A DNA stretch of 64,000 nt, from NCBI RefSeq assembly GCF_001194135.2, contig NC_068981.1:154237249-154301248 (forward strand), in the 5' to 3' direction. The DNA is from Octopus bimaculoides. Taxonomy: Eukaryota. Made by a program: the position numbers and the translations under genes. Below, one piece after another: positions 13,257 through 26,700 of this stretch (positions within the stretch are counted from its first letter, which is position 1; each line of letters starts with the position of its first letter). Under the pieces are notes generated by a model that worked only from the letters and a program-made list of their open reading frames with translations, had not been told where the DNA came from and searched no databases.

Positions 13257-14439
13257 ATTCAGTGGGTCAGAGTAATACGTCTTGCTCCAGTGTCTTATCT
13301 TTGCATGGCTCTCCTCACACCAACCACTTTACAGAGTGTACTGGGTGCATATTGTGAATGCACAAGCGCTATAGAAGTTGCTTTGCTGTTAGCAAGATGA
13401 GAAACTCCATCTTTCATCTTGCTAACAGCAAAGTCCTGCATTGTCATTACTTGTATTGATCACCAATCACAGAGTGTTACTGGGTAATTCTTGTGGCACC
13501 AACACTGTTGAGGTTGCCTTGTAACTTGCAAAGTGAAAGTGAGCTTCCATGCTGAATGGAACAGATTTATTGTGAGAGGATGGTGATGAAGAGAATAATG
13601 TGTTGGGGTGGATGTTATGAAAACAAAGGAGAAGAGATGGGGAAGAGTAATTTCAAGAATTAGTGTGAAGCAGAGCGGGGGACAGAGTGGTAATGGTAAT
13701 AGAGTAAGTTGAGATGGACTCAGTGATGAGTAGGTGGATGGGTTGGGTCAGTCTGTTTACCATGGCAGCTTAGGGTGGGTAGTTCATGAGGGTTGGATTT
13801 ACAAAGGTTTATTGTTGAGAGAGAGTTGTAAGAGACAAACTAACAGAGATAATGTTAGGGAAGCTGGTAATAGGGTGGAAAGTATAAGGTGGTTAGTGAG
13901 AGATAGTTAGAATGGTGGGAAGGGTTGAGTAAGAGAACATATAATGCTACCCCATATTATGTATGGTTGGGCAAATGGTGCACGAAAGAAAAATAAAATA
14001 GAAAAGGTTAATAGGTGGTATTAATGAGAGTCAAAGTGAAAAGGTAGTGTGAGGAAGGGGGAGAGTTGTATTGGAAAAGATGCAGTGTTACCCCACTTTT
14101 TGTATAAGTGGGTAAATTGATGCATGGAAAAGAGACAAGATAATGGTGAAGGGTCAGGGTATACCTCAGAGAGTATGATAACAAGAGAATCAGGGTGGGT
14201 GAAGGTTGATAAGAGTGCAATCCCCACTACCCAGGCTTCATGATTTGGGAGAAAAGAAGAGAGAGAGGTAGCGGAATATAGGTGGTGGAGGTATGAGGAA
14301 GGGAGATATTCAGTATGCACAAATCAAGTACTTACCTCTCAGTTTGGTTGGTGTGGCACAGTGAGCAGAAGAGATGAAGGGAAGATGAGATGGTATAGAA
14401 TAGACAGTTGTTAAGAGGATAGATGGTGAGTGAAACATG

Positions 14440-15640
14440 CTGCTTAGTTGCTTTCTTTTCTTCACATGTCTTCTTTGCTGAAAGTCCATGTCTTGCTGCT
14501 GTGCAGCAATGCACTTTGCATGCAAGCATAAAAAATTCTTCCCTTGATCAAGAGGGATAAGCCCTTTGTTACCTGCAAAGATAGTAGCTTCCTGAACTTC
14601 CCCCAACTTGTTCTTATTCTAGCTACCACTCTTTTGCAACATCCACTTCTACTGCTAATTTCGTCGCATAAGTAGCAAAAGCTATCAACTACTTCTAGAG
14701 AGCTGATGGGCATTTGAGAGTATCTATTTCCCAAGCATTCTTATGCTTACTGTCTCAGTACACCTGTTGCACATGAAATCTATTTTCTCTTTTAACCTGC
14801 CTTTGATGACACTACACCTTTTATGTGTCTATTGTTTATAATCACCTTACAGAATTTCTACTAACATTTTTATTGGAAGATTACAGTTATTTCCCTGATG
14901 CTAAAAGTATTCTGACTTCCTTTCTACTTACTAAGACACTTGTTTTTGCTAAGTTTACTTTAAGGACCTCCAATTCCATATTTTTATTTATTAGTCTGGA
15001 ATTTCAGCTTCAGTCTTCTATTAATTCTGCTATAAGAGCTAGTTCATCAACATACAAGAGTTCCTAAAGGCAGCAACCTTTAATCCTGCTGTCATAACTG
15101 AGTATTATAATAAATAGGATGGGGCTGAGACTGAGCACTGATTTACCCTAAATATGCAGTACATTTCTTGATGAAATCATTGCTGATTCTCACGTTGTTG
15201 ACTGCCTTTTCATACATATCTTATACAGTCCTTACAAACCACTCATTTACTCCTAGTTTCCTTAGTGACTACTGGAACACAGTGTGAGAGACCTTGATAA
15301 ACCTCTGGATGAATGAACACTGGGCATAGAGCTTATTCCTAGCTATGTATTTCTCTTGCAGTTATCTTACAAGGAATATGGCACCAGTGGTGATTTTCCT
15401 GGGACAAAGCTGAATTGCATTTCATCTAGACTAATCCTGTCAAAATCAGTTTCACAATAACTCTTTTAATCTATATAACCTGGTCCAACAGTTTGTTATT
15501 TCTGTAATTTCCCATCTCTTGTGCATCTCCCTAGTCCTTCTACCTGTTCATGGTGATACTGCAGCGTCAGCCTTTTGGGTATTACACCTTCCTGTATTTC
15601 TTGAATTACTAATGAAGTAATTATCCTGTATTCTACTTCA
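14440..15640 (-). mobile_element. Degenerate RTE-clade LINE reverse transcriptase fragment
   Basis: LEVVDSFCYL...RIRTSWGKFRKLL...KGRIFYAC...TW is typical of the RTE RT C-terminal region; stops and frameshifts present. Confidence 0.8.
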
Positions 15641-15679
15641 TCATGAATGTTTGTGTGTGTGAACACACACATATGCACT

Positions 15680-15711
<32 letters not shown>

Positions 15712-16884
15712 CACACACACATGCACACACACACATGTAATGTTTATGTGTGTGTGTAGAATCAGATCTAATAACTGTAGATGGCACTGTGGATAGGTTT
15801 CTTCTATTGTAGTCATGGATTGACTGATGACTGCATGATGTGTAATATTTCTGAACTTGAACAATGAAGCACAAATAATATGAGAGAAAAACTAGGTATC
15901 AGAAGAAGCAGATGTAGGGAATAGTTAAGCAATCAATGTGTGGTGGTGTAATCTGACCTCAAGAGACTAAAACTTATGAAAGAGAAGGTAAGGAACCACA
16001 AGTACTGAGACACCATGCTGGAGATAACCTGCTCAACCTTGTAAAATGATGATGATGATAAACATATTTATTATCATTATGTTATAAAACTCACGTGAAA
16101 TTAAACATATCTTCAAATTAGCTTAAAGATTTGAACCCAAACACACATGCATGCTTTTACTCTAGAATGATTCTTACCAGGAGCAGTTTCATTTTTGTTT
16201 CTTTGATGCCGTGTTTAATTCGTTTTGTAGTTCAACTTTTGACACTTGAGATTAATAGCTTTGTGTATTAGTGTTTACATTAAACTTTAAAGGCAACAGT
16301 TATTGTTCCTGTATAACATCAAAATGGTAGCCACTTTCTGAATTATATATTGAATTCCAAGCAATAAGTTAGTATCTTCCACTTTTGACATTTTTTCAGT
16401 GTTTTATCTGGATTAAATATTTTAAAGATTAATTACTATACTGCAAAGAAAAAATTTGGTTGAATGTTAGAGTTTGGAGTTAGGTTTAAGGTTGGGGTAA
16501 GAGTTTAGGTTTAGATTTACACAGAGAGGGAAAATAATTAAAAAGATGATTGAACTTCTGAATTTTTTTTTCCACACAATCATAATCTTCAGTGTTTAAA
16601 GCAGAAGATTTTTTAAAAAATTTCCTAAATAAATGCAAAAGGTACAAAGAAGGGAAATGCTTATTTCACAATTCAAATATATATTTTATATCAATATATA
16701 TTTCATTTATCATTTAATATATACAGTATTTAAATTCAAGCCATTAGTTTCATACTGTGAAAATACAATAAACTGACAAGCTTATAAAGCATTTCCTAGC
16801 AATCTTTCAAACCTTGTATTTCCAAATAGTCTTTCAGATTCAAATATACAATNNNNNNNNNNATGGCTGGTCATTTTTGATAAA

Positions 16885-16953
16885 AATGAGAAAGGGTGCT
16901 ATTCTTTAATGAGAAAGGGTGCTATTCTTTAATGAGAAAGGGTGCTATTCTTT
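16885..16953. repeat. Three perfect copies of a 23-bp unit AATGAGAAAGGGTGCTATTCTTT
   Basis: Read directly; next to a 10-N gap. Confidence 0.9.
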
Positions 16954-18218
16954 GAAAAACACTCCTTTGCTTAATAGCAAGTGTTGAGGGATAAATAGGG
17001 GAGAGTAGATGACAACTGTAGAAATTAGGTAGGGTTGTGATGGGTGGATAAGTGTGGGAGAGTGTCCAATGATACATATGAATTGGTGAGAGGTGGGGGG
17101 AGAGTAGGAAATGACTGGCAGTATACAAAAAGGGAAGGGTGAAGAGCAGCAGAATAGTAATAATGTTACTGCTGAAGGGGATGAGAGAAAGAGAAGGAGA
17201 TGATGTGTGGTTGTGAGTGATCAATGTAAAAAGTGAGTGGTGAGGACAGTATTTAAGAATGAAGGATTTTGAATTGTTTCTTTGTTTGAAGAAAAGTAAT
17301 ACATCTTGTTGGTGATTTTCTTCCCATCACAATGTCTCATGGTTTAAAGTTAAAAAAAAAAAAATACTTGGTTTTATTACTTCATGAAAAAACACAAATT
17401 TTTTTCAGATTAGAGATAAAAATGATTGCGCTAGATACAATCATGAATAATTTTCAGCTCTTCAAATTTTAGCAAAAATATCAAATGCAGCTGGAATTAC
17501 TTCCTTTTTCAATGTCAATAAGTGTCACTGCGTTTACTCAATGTCAAAAATGAAAAGAAAAAAAAAANNNNNNNNNNNNNNNNNNNNNNNNNNNNNNNNN
17601 NNNNNNNNNNNNNNNNNNNNNNNNNNNNNNNNNNNNNNNNNNNNNNNNNNNNNNNNNNNNNNNNNNNNNNNNNNNNNNNNNNNNNNNNNNNNNNNNNNNN
17701 NNNNNNNNNNNNNNNNNNNNNNNNNNNNNNNNNNNNNNNNNNNNNNNNNNNNNNNNNNNNNNNNNNNNNNNNNNNNNNNNNNNNNNNNNNNNNNNNNNNN
17801 NNNNNNNNNNNNNNNNNNNNNNNNNNNNNNNNNNNNNNNNNNNNNNNNNNNNNNNNNNNNNNNNNNNNNNNNNNNNNNNNNNNNNNNNNNNNNNNNNNNN
17901 NNNNNNNNNNNNNNNNNNNNNNNNNNNNNNNNNNNNNNNNNNNNNNNNNNNNNNNNNNNNNNNNNNNNNNNNNNNNNNNNNNNNNNNNNNNNNNNNNNNN
18001 NNNNNNNNNNNNNNNNNNNNNNNNNNNNNNNNNNNNNNNNTAAGAGTGTCCTTTTTGTTTAATCCTATAAAACAGCTCTTATCTAGTGGAGATGACTTAA
18101 TGGCAGGTGTTTCTGTACAACTTTGGCTATCATATTTACTGGCAAACATGGCAGAATTTTGTGTTTGTTCAATTCTGGTGATTTACTTTGTTGCTACTCA
18201 TGATTTCTTATCTTTCAG

Positions 18219-18278
18219 TGACAACTTGAAGATCACAATATGTATTTAACACCTTTTATCTTGTCTGTCAAAGAAAAG
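18219..18278 (+). other. Candidate non-coding 5' UTR exon
   Basis: Acceptor tttcttatctttcag and donor AAG|GTATGT; splice signals only. Confidence 0.2.
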
Positions 18279-18318
18279 GTATGTGTGTCTATACACACAC
18301 ACACATACATGCATATTC

Positions 18319-18364
<46 letters not shown>

Positions 18365-20654
18365 GGAGGGAGGGAGAGAGAAATAGACATACAGACTGAC
18401 AGATAGACACATGTTGATTTTGTTATGTATTCACATTATTTGTAACAGAACTGCCATTGATATTGGTTTACTGGAAGGATTCTTGGAATGTAAAGTAAAT
18501 CATACTTTGTCTAGGAAGTATATATTGAATTCTATTGAGTGTTGTTTGGAGAGGATATTGACCATGCTATTTACAAGGAGCTGTGAGGTAGGGCTGTCAT
18601 TATTAAAAAGTACAGCATCATAGAAAACAATTCTGTATTTTAAGTGGTAGGTATTGTTAGTTAGTATTATAAGTAGGTATTATAAGTGGTCGGATATATT
18701 CCTGTGTTTATGTTTGTTTTAATGAGTTGTCTGATACTCATATCAATGAAAATAGCATTTGACATTTAGTGAATTATGTGGTAATATTTTTACTTATATT
18801 TTCAGGGGGCCCAATGTAGCTTTCCAAAACATTCAGTCTCTCTACTCCAATTTTATAAGTACAGTTTTTCTGGTTAATTTACTTCCTCTGATTTACTTCC
18901 TATTTTTCTCTCTTGATACACTTGATACTAAGTTGTTAGTAATAGGGATCACACGGGTGCTAAATTATTGTTTTATTGCAGCACAGTTGCAAGGTTCAGG
19001 TATTGGATTTCTTACTTAGAAATTATGATTTCAAACCTTACCATGGCTATATTATTTACTCTTTGTGAGGACTTGCATGGAAAAATAAATGTAGAGTACA
19101 TGCATGGATCAAGCTAGTTGAGTGCATATAGTTTTGGATGACTAACTCATAAACCTTGAGTTTTATATATTTCAATTTATTTAAGTATAAATATTAGATT
19201 ATCTGGGAATGTTTTCTGAGAAACACTGATGTTTTGTCTCATACTCTCTTAATGTCAAAAAGTGCAGTGTAGTTGTGTGCTTGATATTCAGAACTACACA
19301 TAAAGTTATGAGATTTAAAGAAAGAAATCAAGAAGTGGTGAGATGAATGAAGCAAAGTGAAAGTTTGCAAATTCAGAAGAACTATGAATTTGAGCCGCAA
19401 TTGAAGCCAAGGCATAGTTGAAGTTGCCTAAAGAATTGAACATTTCAATAAAAAAAATGGTAAAGTTGATTTCTGGGTAATATTCTATTATTGTTTAGTC
19501 TCAGGTCAACTATGATCAATAACATTCAGCTGTGACCATTCCATCTTTTATTCAGATACAGCGTGTCGAAGACCACTGTATCTTTATTACCTGGGACCAA
19601 TGTATCCATATTTCTTTTAACATGGCAGGAAAATCTAGTTGGTATTTCTAGCCAGTTGTGGGATGATGGAAAGCTTCTTCATAGAATTCATCCAGGTGAT
19701 GATGTTAGGGGAGATAGAGAGTCCTGCATTTCTTGAGTTGCCTCTATTTTGGGAGTTGTTCATAGGAAGTAGGTTTATGATGCTGGCTGTTCTCTTGAAA
19801 AAAATGTTCTGTTATTAATATCGAGCTCTAAAAGCTTCATTGGACTATATGAAAGCTGATATTGATAAAATATGTAAATCTGGCAGAAACTACTTATTTC
19901 TGTAGAGTACAAGATGTCACATTTAACAGAGGCAAAGCAGTGAGAGTTGTGATCATCGCTAAATAATTAGTGGTTATTGACTCAGAGAACTTATTAGTAA
20001 AAGAATTTAAAGTTTAGATATATTTTTTTCTTGTTGCATCAAAAGACTGGTTGTAAAGAGATTGTTAGGACCTTGATGTTATGGCTTCTTCACATAACTG
20101 ATTTCAAGAGAAAGGAGAAATAACCCCAGTACATGATGAGTACTTTATTGACCTTGAAAGGATAAAATGCAAAGTTGGCTTCAGGGGAATTTGAGCTCAA
20201 AATCTAAAGGTTTGAAATAAATATAAGGCATTCTTTTTTTTTTATACTCTTAATGATTCTACCAGTTGCTGCTTTTTAAAATTTATTACTTTTTACTATA
20301 ATAATTCATTGGAAGGATGTTTGATCAGCTGGTTTGCATGCTGCCAGTTGCTGATGGCTTTACTAATATATCATGAATGTGGGGCATTTTCAAATTTACT
20401 GACATGAATATAAAAACTAGGTTAACAATATGGTAAAATGGGGTGCATCATTAGGTAAGGTGTTTTGTTTGTCTACTTCAGTGCCTGAGGAGATGTTTCA
20501 AAAGATAAACTAAACGAAAATATCTAAGATGTGTTCAACATCTATATCCAATACACCGATACACAGTGTTGCTCAAAAGAAAATGCAAGGAACAGTTATT
20601 TTTAAATTGTATCATAGAATTTTATTAGTTGTTTGGAGATATATATCCAATTCT

Positions 20655-21203
20655 TATGTTCTGAGTTCAAATTCCAACTTCGCCTTTCATCTTTTCAGGG
20701 TCGATAAATTAAGTACCAGTTGCGTACTTGGGTCGATCTAATCGACTGGCCACCTTCCCCAAAATTTCGGGCCTTGTGCCTAGAGTAGAAAAGAATATCC
20801 GTTCGGGATCGATAAATTGAGTATCAGCTGCGTATTGGGATCGATCTAATCGACTGGCGCCTTCCCCCAGATTTCGGGCCTNNNNNNNNNNGATCGATAA
20901 ATTAAGTACCAGTTGCGTACTGGGGTCGACTGGCCCCCTCCCCCCAAATTTCGGGCCTTGTGCCTAGAGTAGAAAAGAATATCCGAAGGTGGCGAACTGG
21001 CAGAAACGTTAGCACGCCGGGCGAAATGCTTAACGGTATTTCATCTGTCTTTATGTTCTGAGTTCAAATTCCGTCGAGGTCGACTTTGCCTTTCATCCTT
21101 TTAGGGTCGATAAATTAAGTACCAGTTGCGTACTGGAGTCGATCTAATCGACTGGCCTCCTTACCCCCCAAATTTCGGGCTTTGTGCCTAGAGTAGAAAA
21201 GAA
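20655..21203 (+). mobile_element. Cluster of young, CpG-intact SINE family B copies (full copy 20985-21203)
   Basis: Near-consensus copies in tandem around a 10-N gap. Confidence 0.8.
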
Positions 21204-23203
21204 AATATAGCTAATTCTGAAATAGTTAAAAATTTCTTTTCGAATTAAATCATAGGAGTAAATAAGCATGGAAAATGATTACATTTATACTCTTCTTTTC
21301 ATTGTATATTATTATTATATGGGTAGAATAAAATAATAGTGAGAATATTATAATTGCAAAATCAAGTAACGATAAGTTTTTTATGAATATAAAACAAATT
21401 TTAAAATGATTGTAAAATATCTCTGCATTGGCAAGTTTTATTTAATTTTACTTTACTCATCTTAACTCATAAATATTCTGGAAAGCAGGGAAGTTATGTA
21501 GCCAGAAACACGTCCCTTTGACTATGTAACTATGTAAACTATCAATATTGTCCCCTTTCCAGGTTTTTTTTTTTAACGAAATGTCATCCACTTAAATCTC
21601 ATCGTTCTTGTTTAATAAACGATGCACGAAAAGAAAACCCGTTAATAGATCACTCTATAAATTGTGTAGATGTTTTCTCGGTTATTCGTGTTTTAATTTT
21701 AATTGTTTCGTTAATATTTATCAACGTTATCAGTTGATTAGAAGTTATTCCCCCACCCAGGTTTCGGTTTCGTAAATATTTACACTTTTTTTTTATTGCT
21801 TATTCTATATTTTCCATTACCCACTCGTAAAACGTTCTCAGGTGTACATGATTAGATGTATGAAGTTTTATCAAGTAGTTCACATTACCTTTTCTCGGTG
21901 CTTGTATAATTCGTATCTCAAGTGAGTAATTAATTATATTTTTCGTAATATCAATTAATATTGTTTTTATCGAATTAGTCAATGTCTTATTTTTTTCTTG
22001 CTATTTTGTAAATATTTCAAGCTAAATGTTGAGACCTTACTTAGAAAAGCAATTATTATTTCATGAACACGTTTTCTCCTAAGTTTTAAAATTCAACTTG
22101 ATTCGTTGCATGATTAAATATATCTACTTTGGATAAGATAAGTGAAAAATCGTTCGATCGTAACTGTAAACTTGTATATTTAATCTATTCACCTTATTAA
22201 AATATCTATTTATCTATTTTGTTATTACTTAATTGCTCATACATATTTATTTTATAAGCCAAACACACACACAAGGAATTCTCTCTATCTCCCCTTCTTT
22301 TTCTAAATATCCGCGCGCGCACACACTAACTCCTTTTTCCTGCTTGTCTGAACGTCTCATATAGTAGCTCCAGGCAAAACTAGATTTGACCCTGACTTAT
22401 TTTTTTATGTTAATTTTAATTCCCATACTAACACTCCGTGTTTTTTGTGTTTTAAATCTCAGCAATATACTATTTCTTTCCTTTTCTCTGTCCTGAGATC
22501 AGAGGTATTCCAGCTGTGACTATCCTGCCTTTTTAGAGAGATATAGGATTACATTATCTACATAATGACTTTTTTTGGTTTAAAAGAGAAGGATGTGGTT
22601 TAAAGGGAAATTTGGCTGTTATTTGTAGTTTGGTGAACGACCATGTAGAGGTTCCCTAGTTTGTTCGTTAGCCATTTTTGTTTTTTTTATAAAAAGGTGC
22701 AAGCAGCTGATGGTTGAATCAACAGGTCGGACTTTCAGCGGTAGCAGAGGCAATGATTCGTATCTCGTTACCAGTACTAAACTCTTACCGTGGAAAAGGC
22801 GCAGCCCATCTTGTTGGATGTAGACGCAGATCCACGATGTATGCAGTTTAATTGTCAATAAAAGAATTCTTTCTATGAATTTTACTTCAAAATATTCTGA
22901 AACTGGCAAAATCACCAAAATTCAATATCATATTAACTGTCAATAATTATATTATATATTTTTTTACTTGTATCGGTCATTAGACTGCGACCATGCTGGG
23001 GCACCGCCTTGGAGAATTTTTTAAGCGAATGAATTGACACAAACACTTATTATTTTAAGCCTAGTACTTATTCTATCGGTCTGTTTTGCCGAACTGCTAG
23101 GTTACGGGGATGTAAACACATCAACACCGGTTGTCAAGCGGTGGGAGGGGGAAACACTGACACAAAGACACGCACACACACACACACACACACAACAGGG
23201 TTC

Positions 23204-23750
23204 GGATCTTTTTTAAAACGGGGGCCACATTTTTCATTAACGAAACACTTTGAAACTTGGAACACTGGTAGAATGTGTCATATAAAACATCTTTTTTCTC
23301 TTAGTCTTCTTAAAAAAAAAAGAAATCCGTAAGTTATTCCATGTGAAAGTTGTCGTATTTCNNNNNNNNNNTCACTGACGTCCATTCAGCCGATATACAT
23401 TAAGTGCCGACTACATAAACAAACGATTCTGAAACAATTAACCCTAACCCTAACCCTAACGTTAGGGTTAGGGTTAAAGCAAATTTAAAATGAAAAAAGC
23501 AAATAAAACGAAGGTATGGAGATTAAATACGCTTTACATCGCTTAATCAAAACAACTGAATACTTGTCAGTGATTGGTTGAAATTATCGAAATAAGACAA
23601 TTTTTTACATGAAATAAATTCGAATACAAAAATATTTTTCTGTTCTATAACACAAAATAGATAAGTATACGAAGTTTGAAAGTCTTTCCGTACCAAAAAC
23701 ACTACGTAAAACATTAATGAAAAATGTGGCCCCCGTTTTAAAATAGATCC
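23204..23750. mobile_element. Non-autonomous DNA transposon with 37-bp TIRs and 8-bp TSD (Merlin-like), nested in a SINE
   Basis: TIR GGATCT(T/A)TTTTAAAACGGGGGCCACATTTTTCATTAA with 1 mismatch; TSD CAGGGTTC at 23196-23203 and 23751-23758; 10-N gap inside. Confidence 0.85.
23439..23476. repeat. Head-to-head telomeric-type repeat (TAACCC)3TAAC|GTTA(GGGTTA)2
   Basis: Read directly from the sequence; palindromic about AACGTT. Confidence 0.9.
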
Positions 23751-26700
23751 CAGGGTTCTTTCAGTTTCCGTCTATAAAATCCACTCACAAAGCTTTGGCC
23801 AGCCCGAGGCTATAGTAGACGACACTTGCCCAAGATGTCACACTGTGGAACTGAACCCGGAACCATGTGGTTGAGAAGCAAGCTCCTTGGCACACAGCCA
23901 CGCCTGTATTATTTGAAAATAATTTACAGGAAGCTGCACAAATCCCATTGTATTCAAATTGGTTATGTTTGTATTATTTTAACAAACATGTGAAATGATA
24001 ATGTGTCTATTGCAGAGAAGTTGCAAAAACTGTATTCAATACAATGTAAGCAAATGTGGTAACATAAAAAGAAAATCTGTGTAACATGTGGAAGTCATTG
24101 CACATTCTTAAAATTTAATAGAATTGGGGAATGAAATATTGTTAAAAATGAATAAAATAAGATAAATTTTTGGAAGATGCATCTAAAAAGAAATTGTCAA
24201 GATAAGTATTACTAATCTGTTTTCTTAGTAGAGCTGGTTTCCTTCAGTATGAGAAAAAAAATTTGTTAAAAATAGAGGAAGCAATGCCAATGGTTAAACT
24301 GTCTCAGTAACCATTCTCTGGTGGCAAGCAGCAGCTTATTTCTGTTGGTTGGATTTCTTCATGGGAAATTGTACTTGCTTAAGGACGAGTGCACTGTTGT
24401 TATTGTAAGAGATGTCAACAGGAATACTGGATGGTGTGAAATCAAAGGACAAAGACAGCTAGAAGCAGATGTCTCTGATATGCTAGTAGAAAAGAGACAG
24501 GATGGGGCTCTTATTTATTTTGTATTGTAATTGATGAACAATAGCAGTTTTGCTCATGTAGTTTTTTGCCAATGGGGCAATTACTGGTTCACTGCATTTC
24601 AGATGGTGAGAGCAACAAAAGAGTATCTTAAACTTGGTGCAAAACAAATATTGCAAAGGGCTTGGTTCATTTTTTTGTAGATGTTTACATCCTTCTCCAA
24701 TAATTGTTTAAAATTTTGACTTTGTGTTAAAATTTTAACACAAAGTCAGCAAATTTAAAGGGAGAAGCCAAGTTAATTACTTTGACCCCAGCATTTGACT
24801 GGTACTTTATTTTATTGACCCTGAAAAGATGAAAAGGGTAAGTCAACCTTGGTGAGATCCAAATTTAGAATGTAAAGAGCTTGAAGAAATGCCACTAAGC
24901 AATTTGCCTGACATGCTAACATTTCTGCCAGCTTGTCACCTTAATCCTTCTTCATAATAATCTATGAAAGATGTACACATACATAAGTTCATATATACAT
25001 ATATAAACACATGCACATATGCACAAGTCTCTATACAATTTCTGTATGCTAAATTCCATTTATAAGGCATTGGTCAATCTGAGGTATGTTAGAAGACATT
25101 TGCCTAAGCAATCAATGCTGTGTGTTGGTTAATGTAGTATTTCTCTTCATATCTCTTACAATTAAAAACATCTAGTTTTTTTTCTAATGAAATAATATAC
25201 TATTTAAGAGGGATGAAGAAACAATAAGCATGCTTTGTCTGTTTTAATAATTGGGGCTGAAATCTATATTTGTTAGAGAAGGCCTTGAGACTAGGTGGAG
25301 AATTTCTCTAAATGCTCATACATAGTTTGCAAAAGGAAGAGTATCCAGTTATAAAAACCAAGCTACAATCACATGAATTGAAAGAGAACATTACATTGGA
25401 AATGTTCCATTCTTGCTAGTTTGGAAAAATAGATGTAAAAGTTATGTAGCTCAAATCAAACATTAACAAAAGGAAGAAACTTTACTGTCAGAAAATATTA
25501 AAAAATATGTTCCATCCCAGAATATAATAATGGATCTATTTCTCAGTTTTAACTTAGATATTTGCTCACATCCATTTTAGTTTAGTGCTATAAATTCATC
25601 TTGAGAAATATTTAGTTGTAGGTTCTAATATTTTAAAAGCAAAATGTGGAATTCCCTTCAGATAGGGTGTGTTCCTTACATTGCTAACATAGTTATGTTT
25701 AACTTACTTCAAATCTTAAATTTCCAGAATCTGTTTGCTTACAATCTTATAGTCAAACATACTATGAATACTTTATATATATCATCTCAACATTTTATAA
25801 AGTTTTATGCTAGTTAATGAACTAAGAAAGAGTTATGATTACATTTAATGACTTATTTTTATTTGTGTCTGTGTGAAGAATATTTGTTCATAGCTCATTT
25901 TTCTTCTGATTTCCCAGTTTTACATTTAATTAATGACTACTCCAGTGAATTTGCTTGCTATTTTTGTACTAGAAAGAGAAAAAAGATGCTGTGTCTATGT
26001 GTTTATACACACACACACACAGCCTTAGCCAACCAAGTGGATTTGGTTGACAGAAGCAGAAACCCATTGTAAATGTGTGAGTGTATGTGTATGTGTGTGC
26101 ATGCATTTGTGCCTCCTTGTCTTGATACTGTGAAGGTGTTGTTCCTTTCCAATCTTCTGTAAAAACATATTTTGACTTGCTTCAAAACAGATGAAGGTTG
26201 ACAGCAGGAAGAGCAGCAAGCTGTAAAAAATCAGGTTTTTGTTGGTAATGCTGTTCTTTAAATTTACATCGTGCTATTTACATATTAGAACAGATAAAAT
26301 ATGATTGGATACTCAAGAATATTCTCATTCTTTGTGCATTAATTTTTTTTTATTCTGTACAAAAAAGTGACTACTGCTAGTATTTGAACTATGGTATATT
26401 ACTGGCACTCATTTTATTGACACTAGAAGTATGACAGCTGAATTTGATTTCAATAAATTTTGACCATAGAAGGATGAAACTAAATACTTTTAAAGCATTT
26501 AGTCAGTAGTGTATTGTTTCTACTCCTTGACTTGTAATAACACTTCTGGAAAACTCTGTAACTTTAATGTCATATTTAAATTTCTCAAATTCTATTCCAA
26601 CCTCATTTAATCATTATGTTTATACTTGTCAAGTCTTAACTGAATGTAAAAATTCTGTATCTCTAGATATGGAAGTTTGTTGTATGAACTTGTTATTAAA

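Larger units (their letters stand above)
22963..23906 (-). mobile_element. SINE family A copy interrupted by the TIR element at 23204-23750
   Basis: SINE sequence resumes seamlessly across the duplicated CAGGGTTC target. Confidence 0.8.

Noticed and set aside
14008-14606. Several 65-99 aa minus-strand ORFs
   Set aside because: Arise from purine/pyrimidine-skewed repeat relics; no splice support or recognisable domain.
16885-16953. 23-bp direct repeats as a CRISPR-like array
   Set aside because: No spacers, eukaryotic context, adjacent to a gap.
20655-20982. Tandem partial SINE repeats that look array-like
   Set aside because: Overlapping SINE fragments either side of a 10-N gap, probably unmerged contig overlap; no unique spacers, so not CRISPR-like.
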